DNA of 51,645 nucleotides, the filler included, from Ionaspis alba (Eukaryota): assembly GCA_964255285.1 (NCBI GenBank). It is 2 parts of 2 records of this genome, joined end to end, with 100 filler letters (N's around TTAATTAATTAA, not from the genome) between each part and the next. Parts side by side here need not be neighbours in the genome. Positions count along the whole stretch, not along the records: positions 1 to 25,790 come from CAXUUL010000154.1; 1 more part is not named here. One strand, given 5' to 3'. Below the pieces are notes generated by a model. That model saw nothing but the letters and a program-made list of their open reading frames with translations. It made no database searches and was not told where the DNA came from. The position numbers were made by a program, and so were the translations under genes. Shown one piece after another: positions 1 to 13,674 of the stretch. Position 1 is the stretch's first letter. The number at the start of each line of letters is the position of its first letter.

Positions 1-165
1 GCTGGGATCTATGGCTGGAGATGCCAAGACATACGGAGATACGCGTGAAGCAGCACCTAAATATTGAATTGTCTTCAGATTCGATCGGTCCGAACAATTC
101 TTGAATCACCCCCAAGCCAAGGTGGAGACATCCGGACTCCGGGGACCAGGCACTGAATCAATAAG

Positions 166-977
166 ATGCCGGGCCAACCTACGACACAACAGCAGCGGGA
201 GATGGTCACTGCCCGCCTGTTTCGAAGAGAGGGTGTGTCTGACATTGCCAGGACAATGGGCATCTCCAAAAAGACGATATGGCGGATTCATTCCAATCTT
301 AAGACCTACGGTACTGCTACAGCCCCTAAGGAGGACAAACCAAAGGGAAGGCCGACTATCTTGACCGAGGAGGAGCATGAGGCATTTGAACCACAACCCA
401 TCAGGTACTGCAGATGAGTACTGACGAAGGTCATTAGGCATTGGCGCAATATCTTCTCGACAACCCCATCGCAGTTTCTCAAGACATGATCGATTTTGTG
501 AAAGAAAGATTCAATAAGGAAGTCAACAAATCCTGCGTGGGACACGCCATCAAACGGATGGGCTTCTCTCGGATCATTGTGAGTCCCCTCAGCAACCTTT
601 AGTCTCTGCGCCTTGGTCTCACATACTCGGAGATCATGAGAGGACTCTGGGCTACCCGCCAAGATCTACCCCCAGAAGCCGCCCGCGTTCATCACGTTGC
701 TGCCGATCTGATAGAAAAGCAAATGAGAATCAATGCCGAGCAGAAAGCCCAAGACGTTGCAGCTGGTACACCCAAAGCACAAAACCGGGGACGTTACGCT
801 TGGGTCCGACTGCATCCCGGAGAAGACACCGGTTTCAATCCGAGGGTCGGCAGCAAGCCTAGGAAGGGGAAGGCGAAGTCCTACGAAGACGGTGCTTCCG
901 AAACCTCGACCCCGGTGGGATCTACAAGCATACCTGGCATCGAAGCTGACGAGAATTATGTGTCGCCATATGCTTGA
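166..977 (+). CDS. Tc1/mariner/IS630-type transposase DNA-binding (double HTH) protein lacking a DDE domain; 3 predicted exons (166-381, 438-578, 633-977)
   Basis: Exon 1 VSDIARTMGISKKTIWRI...KGRPTILT (HTH + GRP linker); exon 2 ALAQYLLDNPIAVSQDMIDFVKERFNKEVNKSCVGHAIKRMGFSR (second HTH). In-frame joins need a GC-AG intron 382-437 (branch CTGAC) and a GTGAGT intron 579-632 with a non-YAG (GAG) acceptor. Confidence 0.6.
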
Positions 978-1448
978 TGATTGGCACGCCGACAACAATA
1001 CACATGCAATGGTTACGATGATAGCGTCATCCACCCTTGGAGCCAAAACGATGGTCCCACAACCCTGAGGTGGGATGCCTGGACAAGTGATGCGATTTCT
1101 GGAGCTAATCCCAATACCAGGTATTTGGGTCTCAGTAATCATCATTGCCAATTGCGGTCTTGCAATTGGCCCGCTACCAAGCCCTGATTGAGATAGCTAG
1201 TGTGCAGAGCTTCAATTTCGTGGAATGTGAGGTCGATAAACGGAGATGTGTGAAATCGGTCTCAAGTGGAAAATTCCAGTTGTCTTGCTATGAAGAAGAA
1301 AGGGCTTCTGTCCACTGACATAAAGTTATGTCGAGGCACTCGATCGAGCGACCTCGCACGTAAAGCAAGAGGAGTGAAGGGATCTCCGGGACTACCATCT
1401 AAGTCGGGCGTCTGTACAGAGACAAATGCTTTCTATGGAAATGAATGA

Positions 1449-2206
1449 CTACTTCTTCCCTCTCCTTGGTTTTGGGGGAGCAAACATGCCCGTAGGTGTG
1501 CCATAGTCTATAGCGCTTTTGGCCTTTGTTTCTAATTTTGCCTCATCGATCGGTTTAAGCATGTTCGATGGATCAGCCTTGGCCACCATTGGTATTTCCG
1601 ACGCGAGCCACTGCTGAAAGGGCTTGGCGATGAAGTGACCGTCGGCCGAGAACCATTGTGTGAAGGGTGCGGAAATTTCGAGCGTTTTCCAGTCGAAGGA
1701 ACTTGACTTGTTGAAGTCGCTGTATCGGACAGTCAACTTGTATACAGGAGTGTGCTTGGTCACGCTGGAAGCAATTGAGATCTGCATGATGTTAGCAAAC
1801 CATACCTTCCCACAGAGTTCTAAGCGCATACCAATGAGCCGTTTGACTCGCCCGTAAAAATTTTACCTTTCTCGACGCCCCATATCCAGAAGGTCAGTGC
1901 ACTATTCAGGATGAAATACACAACTACCGCCCAGAGGGTGTAGCCTTTGGTCTTGTCCCAACCAAGCTTGTAATCGGAGTAGAAAGTGATAGCAGCAATA
2001 ACAACAGCAGTATATCCCAGCGCCAGTCGGACATCTGTGAGGAAATGTGATTGTTTGAATTTGAGAGAGGTCAGATAGTTTGGGAGTGCGTCGTCCGTAG
2101 TGTTTTTCAGGTCTGAATAGAATTACTGTTAGTAACAAACTTCGTTGCGATGAAAAGAAGAATTGATACCTGGAAGGGAGTATACTGCAATTTTCGGGGA
2201 AGCCAT
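1449..2206 (-). CDS. SPC2: Signal peptidase complex subunit 2 (SPC25 family), spliced
   Basis: MASPKIAVYSLP|LKNTTDDALPNYL...DVRLALGY...YFILNSALTFWIWGVEKG|...SSVTKHTPVYKLTV...FTQWFSADGHF; two TM segments. Confidence 0.85.
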
Positions 2207-2284
2207 TGCTAGGTGTGTACGGTCAGGACAAGCAAGAGCTGATATGGAGTATGGGCGAAACTCTGCAAACTAGACGTGGCTGTA

Positions 2285-2608
2285 CCGTAGGGATCCACAT
2301 ATACATGGAACAGCTAACTCGTATGGTAACTGTTACCAAGAAATATAAAAGTCACAAAACCCCTGAAAATGATGTAAAAATGTTTAATAAAACAATAAAT
2401 TTTTTTTTTAAATTGATGCGGTTTAGTAGCTGCGTGTTTATATTCTTTTCTCTCTATCTTACCTTCCCTGTTAGGTTGAAGGATTAGGCTAGAAAACTAT
2501 CTAAGATAGACACTTTGACTTTTATATGTAAAAGTCAACGTTTATTATAAATTACAGAAATAACTTTTACGGTAAATTTACAAGGGATCTTTTACAGGAT
2601 CCTTACTG
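2285..2608. mobile_element. Putative non-autonomous Tc1/mariner-like MITE or remnant, AT-rich
   Basis: Ends CCGTAGGGATCC (2285-2296) and GGATCCTTACTG (2597-2608) are 10/12 inverted matches, each flanked by TA; strongly AT-rich interior with internal palindromes. Confidence 0.5.
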
Positions 2609-2739
2609 TACCGCAGCTCGGGAATCTCGTGCCCATCTATTGGAGTTCTTGGCACTGGCATCCCTCTACTGAAGGACTCCACATTCGAAAGAGAAAGGTG
2701 TTGAATATTATATCGACGCGTCGCACGGTATCCACCATC

Positions 2740-3821
2740 ATGGCAGATGCCATGAACCAGGTAATCCATCGGGATCCAGCATTATTGTAATATCTCCGCA
2801 TGCCCGTTTGTCGTCCATCGATTCACTAACACACTTGGCTTACTAGTTACTGGATCCTCTTTCCCATCTCCATAGTCATGGTACTCTTCCCTTTCCTCCC
2901 CGACCCCTAGCACGCCGTTTCTGATACCTCTCCCTAGATTCTCACCGGTGTCCTCCGCCACTACGCCACCATCCTCCTTGCCAGCACCCCCAAAAAGCAA
3001 CCTCTTGCCGCTCTACGCGAACAACGCTCCCTCCTTCGAGGTATCAACCTGCGGAACAACGCCTGCCAGCTCTCCCCTACAGCCTTCGCCAGCCGCAAGA
3101 ATTATCTCGTTTCCGCGTACAAAGACGGGGCCTTCCTCAAGGATCCCGAGAACCGGGGCAAGGCGGCTGCGAATCCGATGACGGATCCGGCGGCTATGGA
3201 GGGTATGATGGGAATGATGAAGGGGAACATGATGATGATGATTCCGCAGACGGTCATTATGGGGTGGATCAACGCGTTTTTCGCGGGCTTTGTTATCAGT
3301 ACGTGGGCTCTACGTCCCATGGAGGGCTGCTACGAAGCTACTCCTATGCAGCCGCTTCCCTTTTGGAGTGGTCATTATACTGACGTTATACGTCAGTGAA
3401 ATTGCCCTTCCCTCTTACCCTACGCTTCAAATCAATGCTGCAGTCGGGCGTCAATACGAAAGATCTCGACGTCCGGTGGGTGTCGTCCCTTTCATGGTAT
3501 TTTCTGAACTTGTTCGGTCTCCAGTCTGTTTTCATCTTCATTCTTGGCAATGACAATGGTACGTTTGCTCTACGACGACCTGTCGCTGGCTCTGCCTGTG
3601 ACTGTTGTCCATCCACACAATGACTAACCGGCTCCTTCATAGCTGCCTCGCAAATGGCCCAGCAGATGTCTCAGATGAATCCTGGTGTTGCGGGTGCGAA
3701 TTTGTTTCAGCCGGGGCAAGATCCCGATAAGATGTTCCAGAGCGAGGCGGAGAACTTGGAAGTGCTGGAGCATTGGTATATCCTGGATGGGATAGAAAAC
3801 AGAATTCTAAAAGCCTTATAG
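2740..3821 (+). CDS. EMC3: ER membrane protein complex subunit 3, 5 exons
   Basis: [25 protein letters not shown]...[46 protein letters not shown]...[15 protein letters not shown]; stop TAG 3819-3821. Confidence 0.93.
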
Positions 3822-4149
3822 ATTTGGAATTAGACGTTGAATGAAGAGATATCAGTGGTCCTATATACAGGTCTTTGTTGCTCAGATATCACTTTTAAGT
3901 AGTTACATAACCCAGAAGTTAGACACTTGGATGATCAACAACTATCTGATTCTCACAAAGCTTTCTGGTAATAGATCCCTAAGCTAGCCCCATGCTACTA
4001 ACAAATATGCACGCTCCAAATCGCGGTCAAATTGATTTGACAAAATGCAAGGTCTATGTTCGCTTCAATGTAATTTCGCTCAAGTCGCTTTAAACAAAAT
4101 TTACCACCAATGCGGGGTCTTTCTTGAATCATCTCAAATCTCATGCTTT

Positions 4150-7125
4150 TCACTTCTTCAACGTCCTCATCTCGAAGTCCTCAGTCCGGCTCCTCAAAGG
4201 CGCCTTTCGTATACTCGGATGATCCTCCCATGATAATTCCCTGCCGAGAGTACCTCCATCACTACTATTTCCCTCAGGTCTCACAGCTTGTGAAGCCACC
4301 ATGCCCGTCCTTGGGTCCGAATGATCCCTCAGTGGTCCCATTTCGGGAATATCGGCCATTCCCTGCTCCATGAGATCCTCATCCGCGCCCTCAATGCTGT
4401 GACCGGCGCCTCGATGGGCAAAGAACCTATTCCGATGAACACCCGACTGGCTGCTTCGCAGCCGCGACTGTGACTCAGTCGAGGAGCGATGTAGGCCAAA
4501 CCTGGAACGACCCTGGTAGTCCCGAGAGGTGGCATGAGCAACGTTGCGGTCATCGCGTTGATCTTTATCTTGCGATGCACGCCCGTTCTGTGAGTGAGAT
4601 AGCGATCTACTTGCAATACTGGGCATGCGAGCTTGAGGGTTGTCGTCGTAGACATCGCCCATCATGTCACCCGAGCTGACGCCTTTCATCCCCAGAGAGA
4701 AATCTACGCGTTTCGACATGGAGGTGACGGACTCCCCACGAGCTCGTGGACCACGAGAAACGTTAGGCGCGTGGCGGAGAATGGAAGGATTCTTCCGTGG
4801 GCCATCACCTGCGTTCGGGACAAAAGCCGTTTCTCGCGTGTCAGATATAGGATAGGGACCATTGTCAGTGCTATTGGTCTCGGTTTGTCTTGCAACTGGG
4901 TATTGCACATAGAACGGGACATCCTCTTTCTGTCCAGGAATGCGCATCCGAGGCCCTTCGATGCCGATTTCTTGCATTGAAACCATCATGGCACATATGA
5001 ACTTGTTGCGGCGCTGGAGTCGGAGGAGTTCATTCTGCCAATTAGATTTGTAAAAGAACACCACGTTGAGATTAATGGAGTGGGCTTCGACAATGTCTCG
5101 AATCTCCGTTAAAATGTTCCCTTGGTATTCCCGTTTCTCCGCCTTGACGAATTCTAGCAACCGATTACGGAGTTCTTCGATCTGATCAAGTGTAGTGCCG
5201 AATTTGACTGTCATGGGTACAGCCTCGGCCAGTCCGCCAGAACGTCGCATGTTCAAGATGAATAAAGTATTGAGATAACTGTTCGGCGCTTGAACTACAT
5301 GACCTTCCATCTTCTTGAATTCCGTGTAGAGGAGCGAGATCTCCTTCACAAAATAGTCGTCGCCTTTCATGTTGGCACCGGTATTACCGTAGATGGACAC
5401 CCGATCTCCCACGTCGAAAGGATGCTTCACAAACACGAAGATAATAGACTGTAAGAATTCTTGTGCAGTGGCAGCGAACAGCCACGACAAGGCGAGTACT
5501 GTCGATCCAGCGGATGTCAAAACGCCTGCGGCCGACGTGGAGATAATGGTTATGAAAACGAGCACTGTAATACATATGACCACGAAGAGGAGGATGGCAT
5601 CGAGCTTCGAGACCACGGAATCGAGATCTTTGAGTGACGCAGTAATGGATTTTCGTTCTCTTCCAATCTCGACGCAGACGGCCTCAAGCTCTTCCATTGA
5701 GATGTCACCATTCAAATCCTTGTCGAACATGGTGAAAGCGGCCTCAGCTTCGTCGTTGTTGTCGAATGCATTTTTCATATCGTCGGAGAACACTGTCTCC
5801 ATTTCGGTATCTTCGCGGACGAATGTTCTAAACAGGCGTCGCGCAAGAACTTGGCTTCCGTTTGTCGAGTTAAGAAGCATAAGAACGACTTGATGAGGGT
5901 GGGTGCTTTTGGCAACCGCTTTGCCCGTGAAGTCTCCGGCGACTTTTCCAGCAACGTCGCCCACTTTATGAAAAACCTCAGTGACATTCTTTTGTGCTTT
6001 GTCGAGATATTGGGCTGGTGTTCGAGCACCCGACCCAGGTCCTGACGGACCGCCTTCTTCAAAGTCGGAATCCTCCATTGCGATTTTCTGTTTCGAGTAT
6101 TCGTACAGTTTAACAAGACTGCCAATCTGGAACTTGTTGAGCTCGATTCGATCAGCATATGTCCGTAGATGGAAGCTGATGGCGATGAGTTGGATAATGA
6201 TCTTCTCAACAAAGTTGAGGGTGGCCCCGACGAATATGGCAATGATGATTTTGTTGACTGTGCTCTTCCACGAATCATCGCCGGTATAGCCTTCGATAAT
6301 ATGATTGTTCATGGTCGGTAGGAATGAAATTTCCACGCCGAGCCACCAAAAGAATATGGTAGCCGGTACCTCAAGTTGTTTGCCCATATCCCTCCACTTC
6401 TTGCTATTGTTGGTGAAGAGACTCGATATCAGACCAAGAGGCCATGGAATCATCTTGGCAACAATCTGGATTTTTAGGTTAGTATCGTATCGAGGTTAGA
6501 TGAGTGAAAAGCTTACCCTTCCCGCCCAAAGCGTGAGCCACACAATCTCTAGCCAAACAGAGAACCATAGGAGCTGAACCCCTCCAACGTGAGCTGTTTT
6601 GAAGAGTAAGGCTCCAAAGAGTAGTGGAATGAGGAGGAGGGCCACGACCGGGACAATGTACGTGAAGTATCGGATGAGGAAACTCGAGTTGTGTATTTTC
6701 TTGAATACTTTGGCGAAGTGGGTAGTGGGATGCTCTGGTGGTCGGTAGACTGCATTCTTCTCATGGATGGGATTGGTAGCAGCATCGAACTCATCCACAG
6801 GCTCGGATCTCCTCGACTTCGAACGAGACATGGTGGCTGAACGGATCAGACCAGGAGCATTCTGGGAGGTCTGGTTCGAGACCACTCTTTCTGCCTGCAA
6901 GACAGCGAGGTCATCGTCCAGACGATGCTCTTGCTCCCGGTTCTGCGAAGGAGATTGCATCCGACTCACGTATTGCCGGGAATCATCCGAGGTCTTGAGA
7001 GTAAGAGGATTACGGTCGTTATCGACAGAGCCTTCGCCAACAAAGGTATCGACTTCGTCTGAGGACCTGGTCGCAGCGTTCATGTTGTAGTTGGGCTCAG
7101 GCAATTCGTGGATTGGGGATGACAT
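4150..7125 (-). CDS. MscS-like mechanosensitive channel (Msy1/Msy2 type) with EF-hand; intron 6466-6516
   Basis: EF-hand [15 protein letters not shown]; MscS core [15 protein letters not shown]...[17 protein letters not shown]; multiple TM helices. Confidence 0.92.
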
Positions 7126-8617
7126 TATGGCGAGGACGAAAACGGTGGATTGGGTCTGAGATTGTAAGGAATGCGGGCAGCGTATAGTGGCTTGTCCGTG
7201 ATTGAGCCCTAAAAGAAAGGTGGATCTGCCGGAGAACTTTCGATTATGTCTTGATATGCAGAACGAGAGTAGTGACCGAAATTGTTCCCATACGTCAATC
7301 GAAGGCTTGAGTACAGAAGGAGTATTAGGAGAAGATGTTAGTGCTTTATGTACAAGGTCCTGTCCGAGCTTGGTTGACAAATCAACGAATGAATGTTTCC
7401 TGTGACAAGGAGAAGAGTGGAAAAGAAATTCAGGAAAAGGAGACAGCCATGGACCGGACAAGGAGTGGAGCAGCCGGCTCCATAAACATCAGAGCTTCTA
7501 GCACTGAGGGATAGGATCACCTGGCAAAGTCTGGGTGGGGAAGCAGGACGAGGAGATGGGAGAGAATGGCATGCATGGGCTTTCAACTATGCAACTGCTA
7601 TGCCCTACGCCCATACACTTCCGGCAAACGGGAGCTATGCGCAGCGAGACCTCGATATCTTGGCGCGACGTCATCCTTGTCCATTTTTTGATTGCCGCTG
7701 ATAATGAGGCTCCACTCACTTGTCGTGAATGTTTCGGTCGCAGACAATCATCGATATCAATAACAAGCATGCACTGGATTGGTGTGATCGAGGCCACAGA
7801 GATTGCCTCGTCGTCGCAGAAGCTGTGTTCCACCCGTTCGTAACATTCACATGTGCTTTCTTTCTTTGCTTTTTTCCCGGATGTATGGGCGGTTGTTGAA
7901 GCGAATGTTGGGAATTGGATGGTCAATCTATCCTTGCACAAGCCAATCGGTGCAGGCGTCTGACCGTGCAGGGGTAGGAGAGGAAACCATCGGGAGTCAC
8001 CAGCAGAGGCTTTAATTTTGATAAGGAAAAGACTTCACGAGCATGTTCGCCTCATGGTGTCTCTTGCATATCTCCCCTTTTTTCGAGTATATGTATCAAT
8101 AGACTGTCATATGCGAATGGGATTTGAGATTCTGCATGCTGTTTCCTTTCCCAAGCAGTAATATCATGGCTAGCATCGTAGACATTACGCGTATGTAAGG
8201 CTCACCCATCGATACTACTTTGCAGTGTCAAGCGAAAAGCTGTCAGATAGTTTCCCTATGCTCCGAGTTGTTGAATTCTCCAGGTCAGATATACCCAAAC
8301 AATGTCAGATCAATTGCACCGTCGACATGAGGTAGTACAGAGGCAAGTAGACAAGCAACCTTCCTGTGATAGGAGGAACATGCTCCGGGTGTACCTGTGA
8401 GACTCTGCAGGAACGGCAGGGTCTGGCTTATGTAATCTTGTTTACTCTGCACACCGCTCGAGCTTCCCCACAACTCCCTATCACTACTGGATTGTTACAC
8501 CCACGTAGCAGCACCACACTCAAAAGGCGTTCGAGATAGGTCCTTTCGCGATTGCAAAGGATTGAGTCGTCCTGCCTGCCTCCATTCACCAAGTCCATCC
8601 GCCAGCAGAGTCTGAAG

Positions 8618-10284
8618 ATGAGGGGAGAGGTACGCCCACAAACCAATCGCTTCCCGAATTTCCCCGCCACTGCGCTTTCAGAGATTTGTGCTCAAGGTTG
8701 CCAAATCTCATCGAACTAACTGATTCTCCTAGATCTGCCATCTTCATGTTGGACAGGCAGGTACCCAATTGGGGAACAGTGCCTGGGAACTTTACCTCCT
8801 CGAACATGGCCTCGGAATGGACGGTCGTCCCGACGAGAAAGTCGATGTTGGAGATACTGGTTCCATGGAGACCTTCTTTACCGAAACAAGTGGAGGCAAA
8901 TACGTTCCACGTTCTATCTTCGTCGATCTGGACCCTTCTCCTATCGACGAGATCCGCACAGGGGCTTGCCGTCGACTCTTCCACCCCGAATTGCTAATCA
9001 GCGGGAAGGAGGATGCGGCAAACAACTATGCTCGTGGACATTACACAATCGGAAAGGAGATGGTTGACAGCGTCATCGATCGTATTCGTCGTGTTGCAGG
9101 TATGAACATGGGTCCTCCCATTTCTACTTTGTGTCTCTGGTCTGACTAGTTGGACTGTGTACAATGAACATTATGTAGTCTGGAACTTACTAACCATTAT
9201 ATCAGACAACTGCTCTTCGCTTCAAGGATTTCTCATCTTTCATAGCTTCGGAGGAGGCACTGGGTCCGGATTTGGTGCTCTTCTCCTCGAACGTCTATCG
9301 ACCGACTACGGCAAGAAGTCAAAACTCGAATTCGCTGTCTATCCTGCCCCTCAAGTGTCTACCGCCGTTGTCGAGCCATACAATGCAGTTCTGTCAACCC
9401 ACAGTACCATCGAAAATTCTGACTGCACTTTCTTGGTCGACAACGAAGCCGTATATGACATCTGTCGACGCAATCTAGATATTCCACGACCCAATTTTGA
9501 GCACTTGAACCGTTTAGTGGCTCAAGTTGTCTCTTCCATCACCTCGAGTCTACGATTCGACGGGGCCCTCAATGTCGATCTCAACGAGTTCCAGACCAAT
9601 TTGGTGCCTTACCCACGTATTCATTACCCCCTCGTCAGCTTTGCGCCTGTGGTCTCGAACAATAAGAGCTCGCATGAGTCGTTCAAAGTCCATGACTTGA
9701 CAATGCAATGTGAGTAGACAATATGGGTTTTGACTAGTGAGTGATGCTGATCCCTCAAGGCTTTGAACCCAACAATCAGATGGTGGTTTGCGACCCTCGC
9801 AATGGAAAGGTAAAGCGTGTACCAGACTTTGAGCATCAACATGTCAAGCTGACATACTCGTAAGTACATGGCAGTCGCACTACTCTATCGTGGAGACGTC
9901 GTACCACGCGACTGTACTGCCGCCGTGGCATCCCTCAAGGCGAAGACATCCTTCAATCTCGTCGAGTGGTGCCCTACAGGATTCAAGCTTGGCATCAACT
10001 ACCAGAAGCCAGTGCGTGTTCCCGGAGGCGAACTTGCTCCTGTCGATCGCTCGGTCAGCATGCTCTCCAACACCACCGCCATTGCCGAGGCATGGAGTCG
10101 CCTAGACCACAAGTTCGATCTCATGTACTCAAAGAGAGCCTTTGTACATTGGTATGTCGGAGAGGGTATGGAGGAGGGTGAATTCAGCGAGGCTCGTGAA
10201 GATCTGGCTGCTTTGGAGAAGGACTACGAGGAGGTTGCCAGCGACAGCATGGATCCCGAAGGTGAGGATGGTGCGGAGTACTAG
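8618..10284 (+). CDS. tubB: Alpha-tubulin of the divergent alpha-2 (A. nidulans TubB-like) type, 5 exons
   Basis: [67 protein letters not shown]-terminal EY. Confidence 0.95.
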
Positions 10285-10698
10285 ACGCTGTGCTTGGAAT
10301 CCATTGGGTCGACTGAAGCATTGTTTGGATGTTCGAAACTGGTGGTTCACTTCTTTCAAATTCTTCATGTTTAGAATGCAGTGACGCGCATGTTGAGACG
10401 AACCACGATAGGCGCAACTGGGTAGGGACTGTTTGAGACTGTCGCAGTATTTCAGATTGTCTCGAGGCTCGATGACCAAGAAACTCTGATTATGAGCATT
10501 CTCACTGGTCATTGAGAAGTAAAACTGTCACACCTGTCTCTGACCTCGTAAATGACCCACAGCATTTGACTTCAAACATCTCGAAGAAGTAGACTCTATT
10601 TCCTCGCTCGAGGACGACCATAGCTCGCACTGCCATTAATTCCAATTCGTCATTCACACATAACGTGCGTTTGGGGTATCAAGGGTATCGAATAGCCC

Positions 10699-11851
10699 CT
10701 ACTCAAGTCGTGCTCGTTTGAGACTTACGCCCTCTCCATCGCTGTCATCCGCACCAACACTGATAAGGTCCAAGTCCTCGTTAATCTGGTCCTGTTCGTC
10801 CTCGGCTGGCACATCCCGGCCTCTCTTCAGCCCCTTCGTCTTCCTCGTTTGTAACTCATCTAGATCTTGCCTACCAAGATGTATCCTTCCCATCTTGTCA
10901 CCCACAATGTCCGTCTCGACGTTCTTCTTCGTTTTTGCCTAGAAGAGAAACACAATCAGCACAAAACCTTTCGAAGCGGAAAGTATCTTCCCGTAGAGTA
11001 CAACTCGCCTCTGTCCCTTTCGCTCTCTTCAGTGCATCCTTCATCATCCCTTCATCAGCCTCCCTCATCCTCCCTAACCGAAAATCAATCCTTGGCCCCA
11101 TCTCCTCCACTTCCACTCTTGGGACTTTCTGCCCACTCCTCTTCGTCACAATTCTCCAGCTCCGCATATAAACCATCTCCCTCTTCGCACCGCCCTCCAC
11201 CTCATCATCTGCGGCTGCAAAACTGATCATCCACTGCAGCCCTTCCACATCCACCTCTTTTGTCACCCCTCCTCTGAAGAAGTCCAAAAACATGCTCTTC
11301 GCTAGCGCAAATTTCCCCCCTGCTCCTCCCTCTACCGGCTCTTCGAACTGTGTCCCCGAGAAACTCAATAGTGGCTTCGTGCCTACTCGGCACTTCGCCC
11401 CACCAAACTGCGCCAATGTCCTCGCCGTCTCCTGCTCAACCCCACACTCTAGCATATCCAGCACCGTGCCACCAAAGCATCTCACGAACGTAAGCGTATG
11501 CGGCCGCTTCTTGCTGTGGCTACCGAAGCAGAGCAAGGAGGCATCATTCTTCAGGCTGAAAAATTCGAGACTCGAAGCGTCTTCGAATGGGTGAATCGCG
11601 TTTTTCTTGGTAAAGCGGATGGCATGCGGGCGTTTGAGTGTGTGTAGGTCGGTGAGTAGCGAGTTGGTAAGTGAGGAGGAGGTGGTGCTTTTGAGGAAGA
11701 GGACTGTTTTGGGGTTCTCGGTTTGGAGCGGGCCGCGCTTGGCGAGAGCGCGGGCGGAGCGGGCGTTCTTGGGCTTGCTGGTTCGGATTTGTTAGTGCAG
11801 GTAATTGGAGCTGCATCGGTCGTGCCTGGGGACTCACACTTCTCGAAGCAT
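10699..11851 (-). CDS. RPF2: Ribosome biogenesis Brix-domain protein Rpf2, spliced
   Basis: MLREV|KPKNARSARAL...HPFEDASSLEFFSLKNDASL...SHSKKRPHTLTF...PRVEVEEMGPRIDF...GDKMGRIHLGRQDLDELQTRKTKGLK. Confidence 0.93.
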
Positions 11852-12262
11852 TGTTGAGATAGGAGGATCGTGATTCAGCTGCGGAAGGGTAAACTTTTGC
11901 CTGCTCGGCTAAAGTATGCGGGAGTGATAAGGCTGACCAATCATGCATGCCAAGTCAAGGGTTGTAATTTAGGGTTGCTGTTGGATCCGAAGCTTATACG
12001 AAGACTCTATACGGGGACTAGACAAGAATGGGCCCTATGGCTTTTGTTGGAGCTCGTCAGCCTGAGATTGGCAAAGAGCCTCTACCGAGTCATGCGATCG
12101 AATCATTGCATTGACCAGCTACGCTCCATAGCAAATTCATGACCAAGTGGTCAGCCAAACAGATTGCATGTTTTGACCCACGACGAGCATCAATAGGCCT
12201 AGACTCCGACTCCCTTGTTTAAAAGTGTATATGTGTTCGACCTCGACCATCCAGAACAACAT

Positions 12263-13456
12263 TTAGGGCGGTGCCGACAGCTCAACAGTACCAGGCTGCT
12301 CAACCGAACACGCTGGCTCTGAAATCACTCCTCGTTGGTTTTGCACGATCCTCTGCAAATCCATTAGCTGTCATCTATCAAGTGCCTGGTGATAATTCTG
12401 TAAAGATACCAGTAGATTTCGTAGTAGCACTACAATCGTGACTTTACCAATTGCTGGTACGTAGATGGATGCTTTGTCCTTGACGTCAGGAGAAAAGTTC
12501 TGAAAGAGAAGCTCATTAGCAACCTCGAATCTTGCTGCGTTGACGCTCGCCCCTTAATACCTTCTCACTAGAGAAATTGATGCACACAGCTCCCTCTCGC
12601 AGCAAGTGGCTAGGAAACTTATAGACATCTCCGGGGACACCGCTGATGACCACATCACTCAAGGGAGCACAGTCTGCTAGAGTCCATCCAGGCTTCTCAA
12701 TCACTTCATGCCTCAATTTCTTGATGCCCTCCCCACGAGTGAATTGTTGAATGCCTGTGACATCTACAGAATAGACGCAAGCCCCATCATTGGCCAGGAG
12801 TGCAGCCAAAGGTCTACCAACGACTTCGGATCGATTAACAACAGTGATGAAATGCCCAAACAATCGATTGCCATAGGGTAAGATTGTATTGTAGACTCTC
12901 AAATACTCAAGAATCTTGATGACAGCAAGGGGAGTACACGGCAAAACACTTTTCTGCATATTCCGCTCATCAAGGAAACGAATGTTTTGATACATATTGA
13001 AGATGTATCTATGACTGAGCCCTTCAACATCCTTGCTGACATCCACGATCTGCTGCAAATACTGGTCTTGGCGATTGTTAAAGATAGGATAATAGACAAT
13101 AATGCCGTTAACGGAGCTGTCTCGATTCGCTGCAAGAATATGTTCTTCTAGCTCCTCCCGATCGACAGCTCTTAGTTGGAAGCCAAACCCACTGGGCGGA
13201 ATCAGTAGAGTCCCTCCCTTTCTTGCTAGAATGTGGCCCAATAGACCACGAAGGGTGAATACCAACTTGCTCACTTTTCTTTGCAGGTTCGATCCGTCCA
13301 TTCGGCATACATGCGTGCCGCTGGATCAGCATTGGCCAAGAAGCCAACCAATAGAGGAGGCCTGTCGAGTTTTGCCAGGCCATCTGCCACTTCGGTCAAG
13401 AGACCCTTTGCTACAGAGCCTGCCAGCACTACTTTACACGATGCTGGAACAACCAT
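12263..13456 (-). CDS. MTD1: NAD-dependent methylenetetrahydrofolate dehydrogenase, 4 exons
   Basis: VGFLANADPAARMYAEW; GIIVYYPIF; KDVEGL; LPCTPLAVIKILEYL; VVNRSEVVGRPLAALLANDGA; YVPAIGKVTI. Confidence 0.93.
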
Positions 13457-13674
13457 GGTTATTACCTTGGTAGCCTGAAGTTCAAAAACCGAACCATATC
13501 CGGAGAGAATGGCTGGAAGAAAAACCGCAGGCTGAAGATTACCCTATCGCTCGCGTGCACACTAGGCGATTGGCTCCGGGTAGGGCTGCAGGCTGAAATT
13601 GTGACGTCGAAAGCTCTACCTTCTCGACGAGGACTGCATGCTTATGTGTGTATTCTACCGTATGCGTGACTATC

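Noticed and set aside
7126..7461. N-terminal extension of the MscS-like ORF to 7461
   Set aside because: Non-ATG start and pyrimidine-rich UTR-like sequence; ATG at 7125 is more plausible
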